This document shows, in pieces, positions 17,073 to 25,266 of a stretch of 31,998 bases of DNA. Numbering within the stretch: position 1 is the first letter of the stretch; each line of letters starts with the position of its first letter. Source of the stretch: Candidatus Tayloriibacteriota bacterium (GTDB lineage Bacteria > Patescibacteriota > Minisyncoccia > Phycocordibacterales > PALSA-1337); assembly GCA_026395095.1 (NCBI GenBank), contig JAPLZI010000038.1, forward strand, positions 1 to 31,998, written 5' to 3'. Under the pieces are notes generated by a model. It ran no database searches. It worked only from the letters and a program-made list of their open reading frames with translations, and was not told where the DNA came from. The position numbers were made by a program, and so were the translations under genes.

Positions 17073-18193
17073 TGAAAACACTTCGCGACATCGAAAATTT
17101 GCAGGGGGTTAGAGTTCTTTTACGAGCCGCTTTTGATGTGCCTGTGAGGAATGGCATGGTAGTAGATGAGTTTCGTATCAAGGCCGCCTTGCCGACTATC
17201 GAATATTTGAGGAGCCGCGGCGCAAAAGTTATTCTTGCTAGCCACATCGAGGTTCTAGAAGGAGAAAAAGCTACTCTAGAGCCTGTCGCTGTGGTTTTAA
17301 ATAAGCTTGGCGTGCCGGTCACCTTTGTAAAGGATTATAAAAGAGCTTTTGATATTATTGAAAACCAAATGAAGGGCGGCGAGTGCATTCTTCTGGAAAA
17401 TCTGCGCGTATGGGATGGTGAAAAGAAAAATGACAAGAAATTCGCGCGAGAGTTAGCATCGCTCGCCGATATATATGTGAATGATGCCTTTTCAGTATGC
17501 CATCGCGAGCATGCTTCCATAGTCGGAGTGCCCGCGTTTATTCCCGGTTATGCCGGTTTGCAGACAGAAAAAGAGGTTGAGAATCTTTCCAAAGCGTTTA
17601 ATCCTACACATCCGTTCCTATTCATTCTAGGCGGTGCAAAGTTCGAAACAAAAATGCCGCTTGTCAATAAATTTTTAGGCACAGCTGACACGATTTTCGT
17701 GGGGGGAGCTCTGGCGAATGATTTCTTCAAGGCAAAGGGTTATGAAACAGGACAGTCTCTGCTTTCAAAAGGAGATTTTGATCTCAGGCCATTATTAAGC
17801 GATCAGAAAGTTCTTATTCCTGTTGATATCATCGATCAAAACCGAAAAAATATGAAGCCTGATCAACTATCCAATGCCGGCAAGATTTTGGACATCGGTC
17901 CTGAAAGCATAAAAATTGTTGGAGAGAAAATAAACGGTTCAAAATTCATTCTTTGGAATGGACCAATGGGGTTATACGAAGAAGGGTTTAAACAAGCAAC
18001 TTTGGATTTGGCACGAATGATCGGCGAAGCGACATCACGTGGCGTGACCACCATCGTTGGTGGCGGTGACACTATCGCGGCTATTGCCGAGCTTGGTATG
18101 GAAGAAAAATTCACCTTTATTTCTACCGCCGGTGGCGCCATGCTTGAATTCCTGACAAAGGGGACTTTGCCGGGAATCGAAACGTTAAAGTAG
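17072..18193 (+). CDS. pgk: Phosphoglycerate kinase
   Basis: LLENLR, YVNDAF, ILGGAK, WNGPMG, VGGGDT, STAGGAMLEFL. Confidence 0.95.
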   Translation: MKTLRDIENLQGVRVLLRAAFDVPVRNGMVVDEFRIKAALPTIEYLRSRGAKVILASHIEVLEGEKATLEPVAVVLNKLGVPVTFVKDYKRAFDIIENQMKGGECILLENLRVWDGEKKNDKKFARELASLADIYVNDAFSVCHREHASIVGVPAFIPGYAGLQTEKEVENLSKAFNPTHPFLFILGGAKFETKMPLVNKFLGTADTIFVGGALANDFFKAKGYETGQSLLSKGDFDLRPLLSDQKVLIPVDIIDQNRKNMKPDQLSNAGKILDIGPESIKIVGEKINGSKFILWNGPMGLYEEGFKQATLDLARMIGEATSRGVTTIVGGGDTIAAIAELGMEEKFTFISTAGGAMLEFLTKGTLPGIETLK

Positions 18194-18217
18194 TGTATTA
18201 GTCCTCTGAGGGTATTC

Positions 18218-18568
18218 TTATACTAGATTTTTCACGATTTTTTTGCAGTTTCCCGCGAGGTCGTCTTTATCACCGTCCACTTTGCAGTTCGGAAATACCC
18301 AAATATGTGCGTGCAGGATCTCGTCGCCAATAATACGACTCAAGACCCATTCAGTGTTGAACGCTTTTTGTTGTGCGTGGGCGATCTTGTTTACGACTTC
18401 GAAGTATTTACCTACTGATGGCACTACCTGCGTGTGCCCGGGTGATTGCGGATGAATGTCGAGAAAAGCCAGAAAATCCGCGTCCTCGTAGACGATGTTC
18501 GCGGAAATTTCTTTGGCGACAATTTTGCAGAATATGCAGTCGGACACGTTTTTGGTTGAGTCAGTCAT
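18218..18568 (-). CDS. HIT-family nucleotide hydrolase with an apparent ~11-aa internal deletion
   Basis: [29 protein letters not shown] motif (third His replaced by Trp). The segment normally following GHTxVxP is missing. Confidence 0.85.
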   Translation of the reverse strand: MTDSTKNVSDCIFCKIVAKEISANIVYEDADFLAFLDIHPQSPGHTQVVPSVGKYFEVVNKIAHAQQKAFNTEWVLSRIIGDEILHAHIWVFPNCKVDGDKDDLAGNCKKIVKNLV

Positions 18569-18588
18569 ATTAAATGTCTACATAGTAT

Positions 18589-18596
18589 ATTATACT
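18589..18596. promoter_or_regulatory. Bidirectional overlapping -10 core ATTATACT (HIT -, recJ +)
   Basis: TATACT on + is 7 nt from the recJ ATG; TATAAT on - is 20 nt from the HIT ATG. Confidence 0.5.
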
Positions 18597-18603
18597 CACA
18601 TCT

Positions 18604-20349
18604 ATGCCGCTATACTCGACTCGCCGACCGTTAGAACCTAGAGAGAAAGACGCTTTTCCGGGTTATTCTGACTTGCTGGCACATCTTTTATTCCATAGAG
18701 GCATCACAGATGCCAAGTCAGCCGCGCAATTCATTCAGCCTGATTATGTAAGGGATACACATAACCCGTCTTTGTTGAAAGATGCTGATAAGGCTTCGGC
18801 GAGAATCATCGAGGCCATCGAAAAAGGCCAGAAAATCGCAATATATAGCGATTATGATTGCGACGGTATTCCTGGGGCGGCGATGTTTCACGATCTTTTC
18901 AGGCGGATAGGATACAAGAATTTCGTTATCTACATTCCTCACCGCCACAATGAAGGTTTCGGCGTGAATAAAGAGGCGATAGATGATCTGGCAGGCCAGG
19001 GCGTGACGCTTCTTATCACTGTTGATTGCGGAATCTCTGATTTTGAAGCTATCAAACATGCGCAGAAGAAGGGGATAGAAGTCATAATCACTGATCATCA
19101 TGAACCGCCGGAAAAACTGCCGCCTGCGATCGCGGTCATAGATCCTAAACAGCTTGATTGCGAATACCCCGACAAAAATCTTTGTGGAACGGGAGTTGCG
19201 TTTAAGCTCATTCAGGCTGTGCTCGCGGAAAATCGTTTTGGTCTCAAGGAGGGCCACGAAAAGTGGCTGCTTGATCTCGTCGGGATCGCGACTTTGTCTG
19301 ACATGGTTTCGTTAACGGGTGTTCTACGGAAAAGCCCACGAAAAGGTTTGCAAAGGCTTTTGGCAAAATTAAAAATATCACAACAACATCTTACGGAAGA
19401 TGATATTGCCTTTATGATCACTCCTAGAATTAACGCCGCTTCACGAATGGGTGTGCCGATGGACGCTTTCAATCTGCTGGTTGCCGATAATGACGCCGAA
19501 GCCGACAAATGTGCGGATCACCTAGATCACATAAACAATGAACGAAAAGGCGTAGTGGCCTCGCTCGTGAAGGCGGTAAAAAAGCTCGTGCATGAGAGAC
19601 ATGGCTCAGTGATGCCGAGCGTGATTGTGCTCGGAAACCCTGAATGGAGGCCGTCTTTACTGGGTTTGGCTGCAAATTCTTGCGCAGAAGAATTCCGACG
19701 ACCGGTATTCCTCTGGGGCAGGGATGGTGAGGGTGGTATCAAAGGTTCATGTAGATCCGAAGGCACGACTCATGTAGTAGAGCTCATGCGCGCCATGCCC
19801 GTAGGTACGCTTACCGAGTTTGGTGGACATAAACATTCCGGCGGCTTTGGTGTGCTTAATGACTCTATTCATTATTTGGAGGAACGGTTAAACGAGGCAG
19901 CAGTGCGGCTGAATGGTGCCGCGGTTTCTGGTGATGTGTCTGGGAATGGGCCAATTGGTGTGTCTGCTGGCGATGAGACTCTCATTGATAGTGAATTGTC
20001 CATGAATGACGTCGGTTTTAAATTGCACGAGGACCTCAATAAGCTGGCTCCATTCGGAATCGGCAATGGAAAACCAGTTTTTCTTTTTAGGAAAGTCGTG
20101 CCGAGCTCGATCCGTTTGTTTGGCAAAGGGAACGAACATGTCGAGCTAGTTTTTAATAAGGCCAATGGCGCAAAAATTTCTGCGATTTCGTTCTTCGGGG
20201 CGCCGAGCGAGTGGGCGAAAGCGCTAATCTCAAATAAAGCTTCGAATAAGGCGGCCTCTCCTGTCGATCTTGTCGCTTCTGTCGAAAAATCGATGTTCCG
20301 AAACAGGCCGGAAATCAGACTGCGGATAGTCGATGTGATATATTCTTAA
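18604..20349 (+). CDS. recJ: Single-stranded-DNA exonuclease RecJ with an apparent ~11-aa internal deletion
   Basis: DYDCDG, TVDCG, TDHH, PRINAASR, KGSCRS, GGHKHSGG, PFGIGN. The conserved ENR segment is absent after SDMVSLTG. Confidence 0.93.
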   Translation: MPLYSTRRPLEPREKDAFPGYSDLLAHLLFHRGITDAKSAAQFIQPDYVRDTHNPSLLKDADKASARIIEAIEKGQKIAIYSDYDCDGIPGAAMFHDLFRRIGYKNFVIYIPHRHNEGFGVNKEAIDDLAGQGVTLLITVDCGISDFEAIKHAQKKGIEVIITDHHEPPEKLPPAIAVIDPKQLDCEYPDKNLCGTGVAFKLIQAVLAENRFGLKEGHEKWLLDLVGIATLSDMVSLTGVLRKSPRKGLQRLLAKLKISQQHLTEDDIAFMITPRINAASRMGVPMDAFNLLVADNDAEADKCADHLDHINNERKGVVASLVKAVKKLVHERHGSVMPSVIVLGNPEWRPSLLGLAANSCAEEFRRPVFLWGRDGEGGIKGSCRSEGTTHVVELMRAMPVGTLTEFGGHKHSGGFGVLNDSIHYLEERLNEAAVRLNGAAVSGDVSGNGPIGVSAGDETLIDSELSMNDVGFKLHEDLNKLAPFGIGNGKPVFLFRKVVPSSIRLFGKGNEHVELVFNKANGAKISAISFFGAPSEWAKALISNKASNKAASPVDLVASVEKSMFRNRPEIRLRIVDVIYS

Positions 20350-20352
20350 TAT

Positions 20353-21087
20353 ATGGACAAAATAAGTAAAAATGTTGGCAAGGCAGAAATTATTGTTTTT
20401 ACTGACGGCGCTTCCCGCAGAAATCCTGGACCTGGAGGGTGGGGCAGTGTTGTTGTCGATGGCGAGAGGGTTTTCGAGCTTGGTGGTGGTGAAGGAAATA
20501 CGACAAATAATAGGATGGAGCTCACCGCGGTAGTACATGGGCTCGCAGAAACTGCTGAAGGTTCAGATGTAACCATATACACTGATTCGCGTTATACCAT
20601 ATATGGTATAACGAAGTGGATTAAGAGTTGGAAGAAAAACGGTTGGATAACAAAAACAAAAAATGAGGTTTTGAACCGCGATTTGTGGGAAAAAATCCAT
20701 GACTTGGCTGAAAAACGAACTGTTAAATGGGAGCATGTCGGCGGGCACGTCGGCGTAAGGGGAAATGAGCGATGCGATTGGATCGCTACGGAGTTTGCTG
20801 ATGGCAACAATCCAAGGCTTTATAGAGGCCCAGTAAAGGATTATCCTGTTGCAGGTATTCTGAACATCGATCACGATGCCATAAAAGCGGAGACGAAAAA
20901 GTCTGATTCTTCACGATCGCGAGCCAGTGCGTATTCATATGTAAGTATGGTTAATGGTGTGGTCCAAACCCACAAAACTTGGGCAGAATGTGAAAAACGG
21001 GTGAAGGGAACGCGAGGGGCTAAATATAAGAAGGCGTTGAGTTCGGCTGAAGAGGCCACAATCATGGGTGAATTCAAATCTTCATAA
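20353..21087 (+). CDS. rnhA: Ribonuclease HI with C-terminal hybrid-binding (viroplasmin-like) domain
   Basis: FTDGASRRNPGPGGW, TNNRMEL, YTDSRY, GNERCD; C-terminal KTWAECEKRVKG...AKYKK. Confidence 0.93.
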   Translation: MDKISKNVGKAEIIVFTDGASRRNPGPGGWGSVVVDGERVFELGGGEGNTTNNRMELTAVVHGLAETAEGSDVTIYTDSRYTIYGITKWIKSWKKNGWITKTKNEVLNRDLWEKIHDLAEKRTVKWEHVGGHVGVRGNERCDWIATEFADGNNPRLYRGPVKDYPVAGILNIDHDAIKAETKKSDSSRSRASAYSYVSMVNGVVQTHKTWAECEKRVKGTRGAKYKKALSSAEEATIMGEFKSS

Positions 21088-21120
21088 TTATTTGTGCTCT
21101 GCACGATTTTGGGGAATCGA

Positions 21121-21209
21121 CTTTTCTTCATTATTTCTTGAACAAAAATTCAGCAAAATTTTATCTTTTCTTCATTAAAATTTGAACTTTTTTTGAACGA
21201 ATCTTGAAC
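21121..21209 (+). repeat. Helically phased direct repeats upstream of comEC
   Basis: TTGAAC at 21138, 21182, 21193, 21204 (spacings 44, 11, 11); CTTTTCTTCATTA at 21121 and 21165. Confidence 0.65.
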
Positions 21210-21231
21210 GGCGGCGGTTTAGAATTCGTGC

Positions 21232-22599
21232 GTGAGGAAAGGGACGGTCATATTTTGGAGCGTCTTTGTGGCGGCTGCGATCATTAGGATCTCGGCTTCT
21301 TTTGGATACACATCACCCGATATTGGTTCCTGTCTAAGACAGACAGTGAGAGGAACTGGAATAGTCGCAGAAGATCCACAAAGAAAAGAGTCCGGACAAG
21401 TTTTTATTATCGATGTCAATGAAATTTTTAATGAAAAAGACGAATCCTGCGCCGGCGATTTGCTCGTAAGAGTTAAAACGAAGCTATATCCGCGGTTTTC
21501 CTATGGTGATCTAGTGGACTTTTCCGGAAAGCTTTCGAGGCCGATCAATTTTTCGAGCGACAATGGACGTAGTTTTGATTACAAAGGCTATTTGGCCAAG
21601 GATGACGTATTCTATGAAATAAAAAGTGCCAAAGCATCGCTTGTCGTGCCCTTAACGGCGTCGACATCTCCTATCGCGTCAAAAAAATTCATTGACTTGA
21701 ATTCGTTTTTGTTTTCGACTAAGCGCAGATTCGTATCGAACCTAGAAAAATCTTTGGGTGAACCGCATGCAGCATTAGCAGCTGGCCTTGTTGTGGGGGA
21801 AAAGGCCGCGCTTGGAAAAGATTTGCTGGAAGATTTCCGGATTGTCGGTCTCATCCATATAGTTGTGCTTTCTGGTTTTAATATAACGATCGTTGCAGTG
21901 GCTTTGCGGCGAATTTTGTCATTCTTGCCGAGAGTGTGGGGAATAGTGATAGGCGGAATCGGGATCGCCTTGTTCGGAGTTATGGTTGGCGGAGGTGCTA
22001 CAGTCGTGCGCTCATGTTTCATGGCTAGTGTTGCACTTGGAGCTGATCTGATCCGTCGTGATTATAGTGTCAGCCGGGCTCTAGCCTTTGCCGCTCTGTT
22101 GATGCTCATCCAAAATCCCCTTATTTTACTTCATGATCCGTCGTTCCAGTTGTCATTTCTGGCGACGATCGGGCTTATCCTCTTGGCTGAACCGATTCAG
22201 AATAGGCTCACATTTATCCCAGAAAAATTTGGTATCCGCGATGTTGTGTCGGCTAGTTTTGCTACGCAAATATTCGTTTCGCCATTCATTCTCTACATGA
22301 TGGGGCAGATTTCGATCATCGGTGTCATCGTAAACATAATAATCCTGCCGTTTATACCGATTACGATGCTGGTTGTTTTCCTGACTGGTGCTGGAGGGTT
22401 TATACATCCATTTCTCGGTATGTTTTTTGGTTGGGCGGCACACATTCTGCTGTCATACGAATTATTTATTGTCGAAAAATTTGCCCAGATCCCATATGCG
22501 GCCGTTTATCTTCCGCCGTTCTCCTTTTGGTGGGTAATTGGGTTTTATGGAATTTTCTTATTTATTTTTATTTGGAAAAAATCATGCATAAAGAAGTAA
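21232..22599 (+). CDS. comEC: ComEC/Rec2 competence DNA-uptake channel (OB-like plus Competence domain, no MBL domain)
   Basis: FDYKGYLAKD, HIVVLSGFN, SVVRSCFM, SFQLSFLAT. Confidence 0.92.
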   Translation: MRKGTVIFWSVFVAAAIIRISASFGYTSPDIGSCLRQTVRGTGIVAEDPQRKESGQVFIIDVNEIFNEKDESCAGDLLVRVKTKLYPRFSYGDLVDFSGKLSRPINFSSDNGRSFDYKGYLAKDDVFYEIKSAKASLVVPLTASTSPIASKKFIDLNSFLFSTKRRFVSNLEKSLGEPHAALAAGLVVGEKAALGKDLLEDFRIVGLIHIVVLSGFNITIVAVALRRILSFLPRVWGIVIGGIGIALFGVMVGGGATVVRSCFMASVALGADLIRRDYSVSRALAFAALLMLIQNPLILLHDPSFQLSFLATIGLILLAEPIQNRLTFIPEKFGIRDVVSASFATQIFVSPFILYMMGQISIIGVIVNIIILPFIPITMLVVFLTGAGGFIHPFLGMFFGWAAHILLSYELFIVEKFAQIPYAAVYLPPFSFWWVIGFYGIFLFIFIWKKSCIKK

Positions 22600-22958
22600 T
22601 AACTTTGTTTCGAGAGTTTCAAAAAATGCCAAAAATGGCTCTGGTTGATGGGCCGGCTGAATATGTACCCGCATATTCTAATTTTGTATTTACACGAAGA
22701 ACTCTGAAGCATCTTGCCGAAAAGGGTGAAGAAGGCTGGCGATTACTGCAACTTGTTTCGGATATTTTGGAATTTCCTGATTGTATTCTTAGAGAAACAA
22801 ATAATAGAATTATGTATGTTAAGTATTTTCCGGGTATGGCCAGACCACACTTGGTTGTCATAGAATCTGAAAAGATCATTGTAACAGCGTTCTTAAGCAA
22901 GAAAAAATACCTCAAGAACTTTGAGATTCTCTGGAGGACGCGATCTTCACTTCCGTGA
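22584..22958 (+). CDS. Small basic BECR/PBECR-like (RelE/barnase-fold) nuclease-like protein, 124 aa
   Basis: Pattern F..RTLKHL..K...IL.FPD.I...YVK...HLVVI...IVTAF resembles PBECR-type domains. Start is ATG 22584, overlapping the comEC end. Confidence 0.5.
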   Translation: MHKEVITLFREFQKMPKMALVDGPAEYVPAYSNFVFTRRTLKHLAEKGEEGWRLLQLVSDILEFPDCILRETNNRIMYVKYFPGMARPHLVVIESEKIIVTAFLSKKKYLKNFEILWRTRSSLP

Positions 22959-23049
22959 AGAGATCCCTCCATACTGCATATCCGTCCGAAGACGAACGCT
23001 GGCGGCCGACGCGTGCATACATAATTTTCCGCTCTTAGAGAATCTCGAA
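22920..23049 (+). ncRNA. Structured RNA candidate overlapping the 3' end of the BECR-like ORF
   Basis: 13-bp closing stem 22920-22932/23037-23049 (one G-U), hairpin 22933-22970 containing the stop codon, CGTC-CGAA-GACG hairpin 22983-22994. Confidence 0.45.
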
Positions 23050-23123
23050 ACACTCGAGGTACTTGACTGCCACAAGTTTAATTCAATTAGAGATGTACTG
23101 TCAAGCGATTGGATATATGAGTT

Positions 23124-23495
23124 TTAATTTATCTTCCTGACGACTGTTGATTTAAAGTATTGTTCCTGAAAGAGTGTCTTTTCAAGTATCTCCTTGTCGG
23201 TAAGATTAGTCCCGACAGGTACGACAATAAGCTTATCATCGTCATTATCATCGCGATGAATTATTGCAATAGCTTCTCCTTCAGCTTTTTCTAATGGATA
23301 GTTGACTCCTAAATAGTAAGCATCCAATTCCTTTCCGTCAGGTGACAAAGTATTTTTAATATATCCATAATTTACCTCATATACAAAACCATGTTTTGGG
23401 TGTTTACTACCCAATGGCCGGTCAATAATAATCTCCACTTCTTTTCCCAAAAATTGTTTAGCAATCTCTAAAGATTTTGATTTACTGTTTTTCAT
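23124..23495 (-). CDS. Small soluble inorganic pyrophosphatase family protein
   Basis: IDRPLGS, YEVNYGYI, PDGKELDAY, DDDKLIVVP acidic motifs. Confidence 0.8.
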   Translation of the reverse strand: MKNSKSKSLEIAKQFLGKEVEIIIDRPLGSKHPKHGFVYEVNYGYIKNTLSPDGKELDAYYLGVNYPLEKAEGEAIAIIHRDDNDDDKLIVVPVGTNLTDKEILEKTLFQEQYFKSTVVRKIN

Positions 23496-23499
23496 GTAA

Positions 23500-23634
23500 T
23501 TAAATTAAAGTGTTTTGCGCGCTTAGCTTCTCCATTTTAACACCAATTAGGCGTATTAACTTTTTTTGAGGGTTTTTCCTGCTGTCTAGGTAGGGCAATA
23601 GAATCTTTAAAGTTTCAATAATAAAATCGGAAGA
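23500..23634 (-). pseudogene. dinB: 3' remnant of a DinB/DNA polymerase IV-like gene (little-finger C-terminus), no start codon
   Basis: A frame not in the ORF track reads SSDFIIETLKILLPYLDSRKNPQKKLIRLIGVKMEKLSAQNTLI*; the K.IRLIGV motif is the DinB little-finger terminal strand. Confidence 0.6.
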
Positions 23635-24062
23635 TGACCCATATGTTGCTCGTCAACCCAATATTGGATAAGTCTATCTGTATGCTTGTCGTAACCGAGC
23701 ATTGCCCAGCCGACGCCGCGGGTGGTCGCCAAATTTTTAAAGATTTCGATCCTCCTATCGAGAATGCTTCCTTCAGCGATGATTTTCTTATATAGGCTTG
23801 AATCAATGGGGAGTGCGGCAGGACCACCTTCAAAAGCCGAAAAATAATATTCATGGTTGCGCATGCCGCCAAACTCAAATCCTTGTCGGCGATAGGCTTC
23901 GCGACGCGCATATTCGGGGTTGCTCGAATTCTCGACGATCTCATGGATGAGATTAAGATTTTTTACATATCCCTCATAGAGTTTTATATGTTCCTCGATC
24001 GTCTTCGCAGAAATGCCTTTGAGAGCCGGAATATTGAATTTTTTTGCGATGAATTGTTGCAT
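23607..24062 (-). pseudogene. sod: Fe/Mn superoxide dismutase, C-terminally truncated
   Basis: EEHIKLYEGYVKNLN, GMRNHEYYF, RGVGWAML present; the DxWEH ligand motif is absent and the ORF ends ...EQHMGHLPILLLKL*. Confidence 0.8.
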
Positions 24063-24076
24063 ATATTGTTCCTCTT

Positions 24077-24084
24077 ATTATACT
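24077..24084. promoter_or_regulatory. Bidirectional overlapping -10 core ATTATACT (sod -, MBL gene +)
   Basis: Same 8-mer as at 18589, again between divergent genes. Confidence 0.5.
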
Positions 24085-24093
24085 TCATCCGAA

Positions 24094-24999
24094 ATGATAA
24101 AGGGTATATCGAATAAAATATCCAAGCGGTGGCTCATTATCGGCACATCAGTGCTGGTAGTTTTGGCCGTGGCTGGTTTTGTGTGGCTCCAATCTATAAG
24201 GACGCACGAACTAGAGATATATGTCATGAATGTACCCGGGACGCCGGCAGTATTAATAAGAACACCGAACGACAAGCGAATTCTCATTAACGGCGGCTCA
24301 AATTCCGAGATCATCAAACGGCTGACAGATACTCTGCCGTTTTATTCTAAGCATTTGGATATGGTGATCGCGGCCGAGCCAAATGGAAAAGCCACAAGTG
24401 GACTCATAGATGTTTTGAATAGGTATTTAGTGGATAGGGCAGGGATAGTTGCGGATGTGCAAAACACTCCAACCGACATCGTTTACGACACGTTTTTGAA
24501 AACTCTTCACGATCTAAAAATAAAAACACAAGAATTTCACACTAGCAATGAAATTTTTTTCGATAATGACACCCCCGACAGTGAGGCAACTAGTGAAGTA
24601 ACCACAAAAGCAGACATCCTATTTCCAGCCGAGCCAAAGGATTTTCAATACTCTAATGCTAGCGTCCCAGAAATCATCATGAGAATCAAATATGACGAGA
24701 CCTCTATTCTGTTGACCGGTCACGCAAGCCAAAAAGTCCAGAAATATATCGCAAGTAAAATAAAAGATCCAAGCGATGTACTAGTCGCATTCAATAGTGC
24801 AGCAAATTCAAACTTGGCACGCGAACTGATAGCTTCAACCTCACCGACCTATCTGATTTACAAAGTGACAAAAGAACCGACAAAAGAAAAAACCAGCAAC
24901 TTGGCTGGCATCCTTCAGGAAAATCGTTTTAACATTCATGAAACCGGCACAGTAAAAATAGTTTCAGACGGCAAAACTATAAAGATAAAAAATATTTAG
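24094..24999 (+). CDS. ComEC-type metallo-beta-lactamase-fold protein with degenerate metal-binding motifs
   Basis: N-terminal TM, LIRTPNDKRILINGG, LDMVIAAEPNGKATSGLIDVL in place of THxxxDH, SILLTGH, GTVKIVSDG. Start moved to ATG 24094. Confidence 0.75.
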   Translation: MIKGISNKISKRWLIIGTSVLVVLAVAGFVWLQSIRTHELEIYVMNVPGTPAVLIRTPNDKRILINGGSNSEIIKRLTDTLPFYSKHLDMVIAAEPNGKATSGLIDVLNRYLVDRAGIVADVQNTPTDIVYDTFLKTLHDLKIKTQEFHTSNEIFFDNDTPDSEATSEVTTKADILFPAEPKDFQYSNASVPEIIMRIKYDETSILLTGHASQKVQKYIASKIKDPSDVLVAFNSAANSNLARELIASTSPTYLIYKVTKEPTKEKTSNLAGILQENRFNIHETGTVKIVSDGKTIKIKNI

Positions 25000-25238
25000 A
25001 TCATTCCCGCGTCTTTCAATGCACGAAACGCGCCCTTCTTCTCGATAGTGCGGATACCGCGAGCTGAAACAGTGAGACGGACAGACTTTTTAAGTTCTGG
25101 GACATAGACAGACTTTTTCTGGAGATTTGGGTATCGACGGACGTGGCCGCTAGGATTGAACTGAGTAGCACGCGTCCGGTTTGAGTACCGTCCGCCGTTC
25201 ATTGAGCCACGCTTTGTTATATCGCATACTCTGGCCAT
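24996..25238 (-). CDS. rpmB: 50S ribosomal protein L28
   Basis: MARVCDITKR...RRYPNLQKKSVYVPELKKSVRLTVSARGIRTIEK. Confidence 0.93.
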   Translation of the reverse strand: MARVCDITKRGSMNGGRYSNRTRATQFNPSGHVRRYPNLQKKSVYVPELKKSVRLTVSARGIRTIEKKGAFRALKDAGMI

Positions 25239-25266
25239 AAAATTAATGAGAATCGTATGCTAACAT

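Noticed and set aside
24013-24093. Longer start for the MBL gene; likewise 22431 for the BECR-like ORF and 9840 for pilB
   Set aside because: These extensions overlap neighbouring genes or promoter elements; downstream ATGs fit better.
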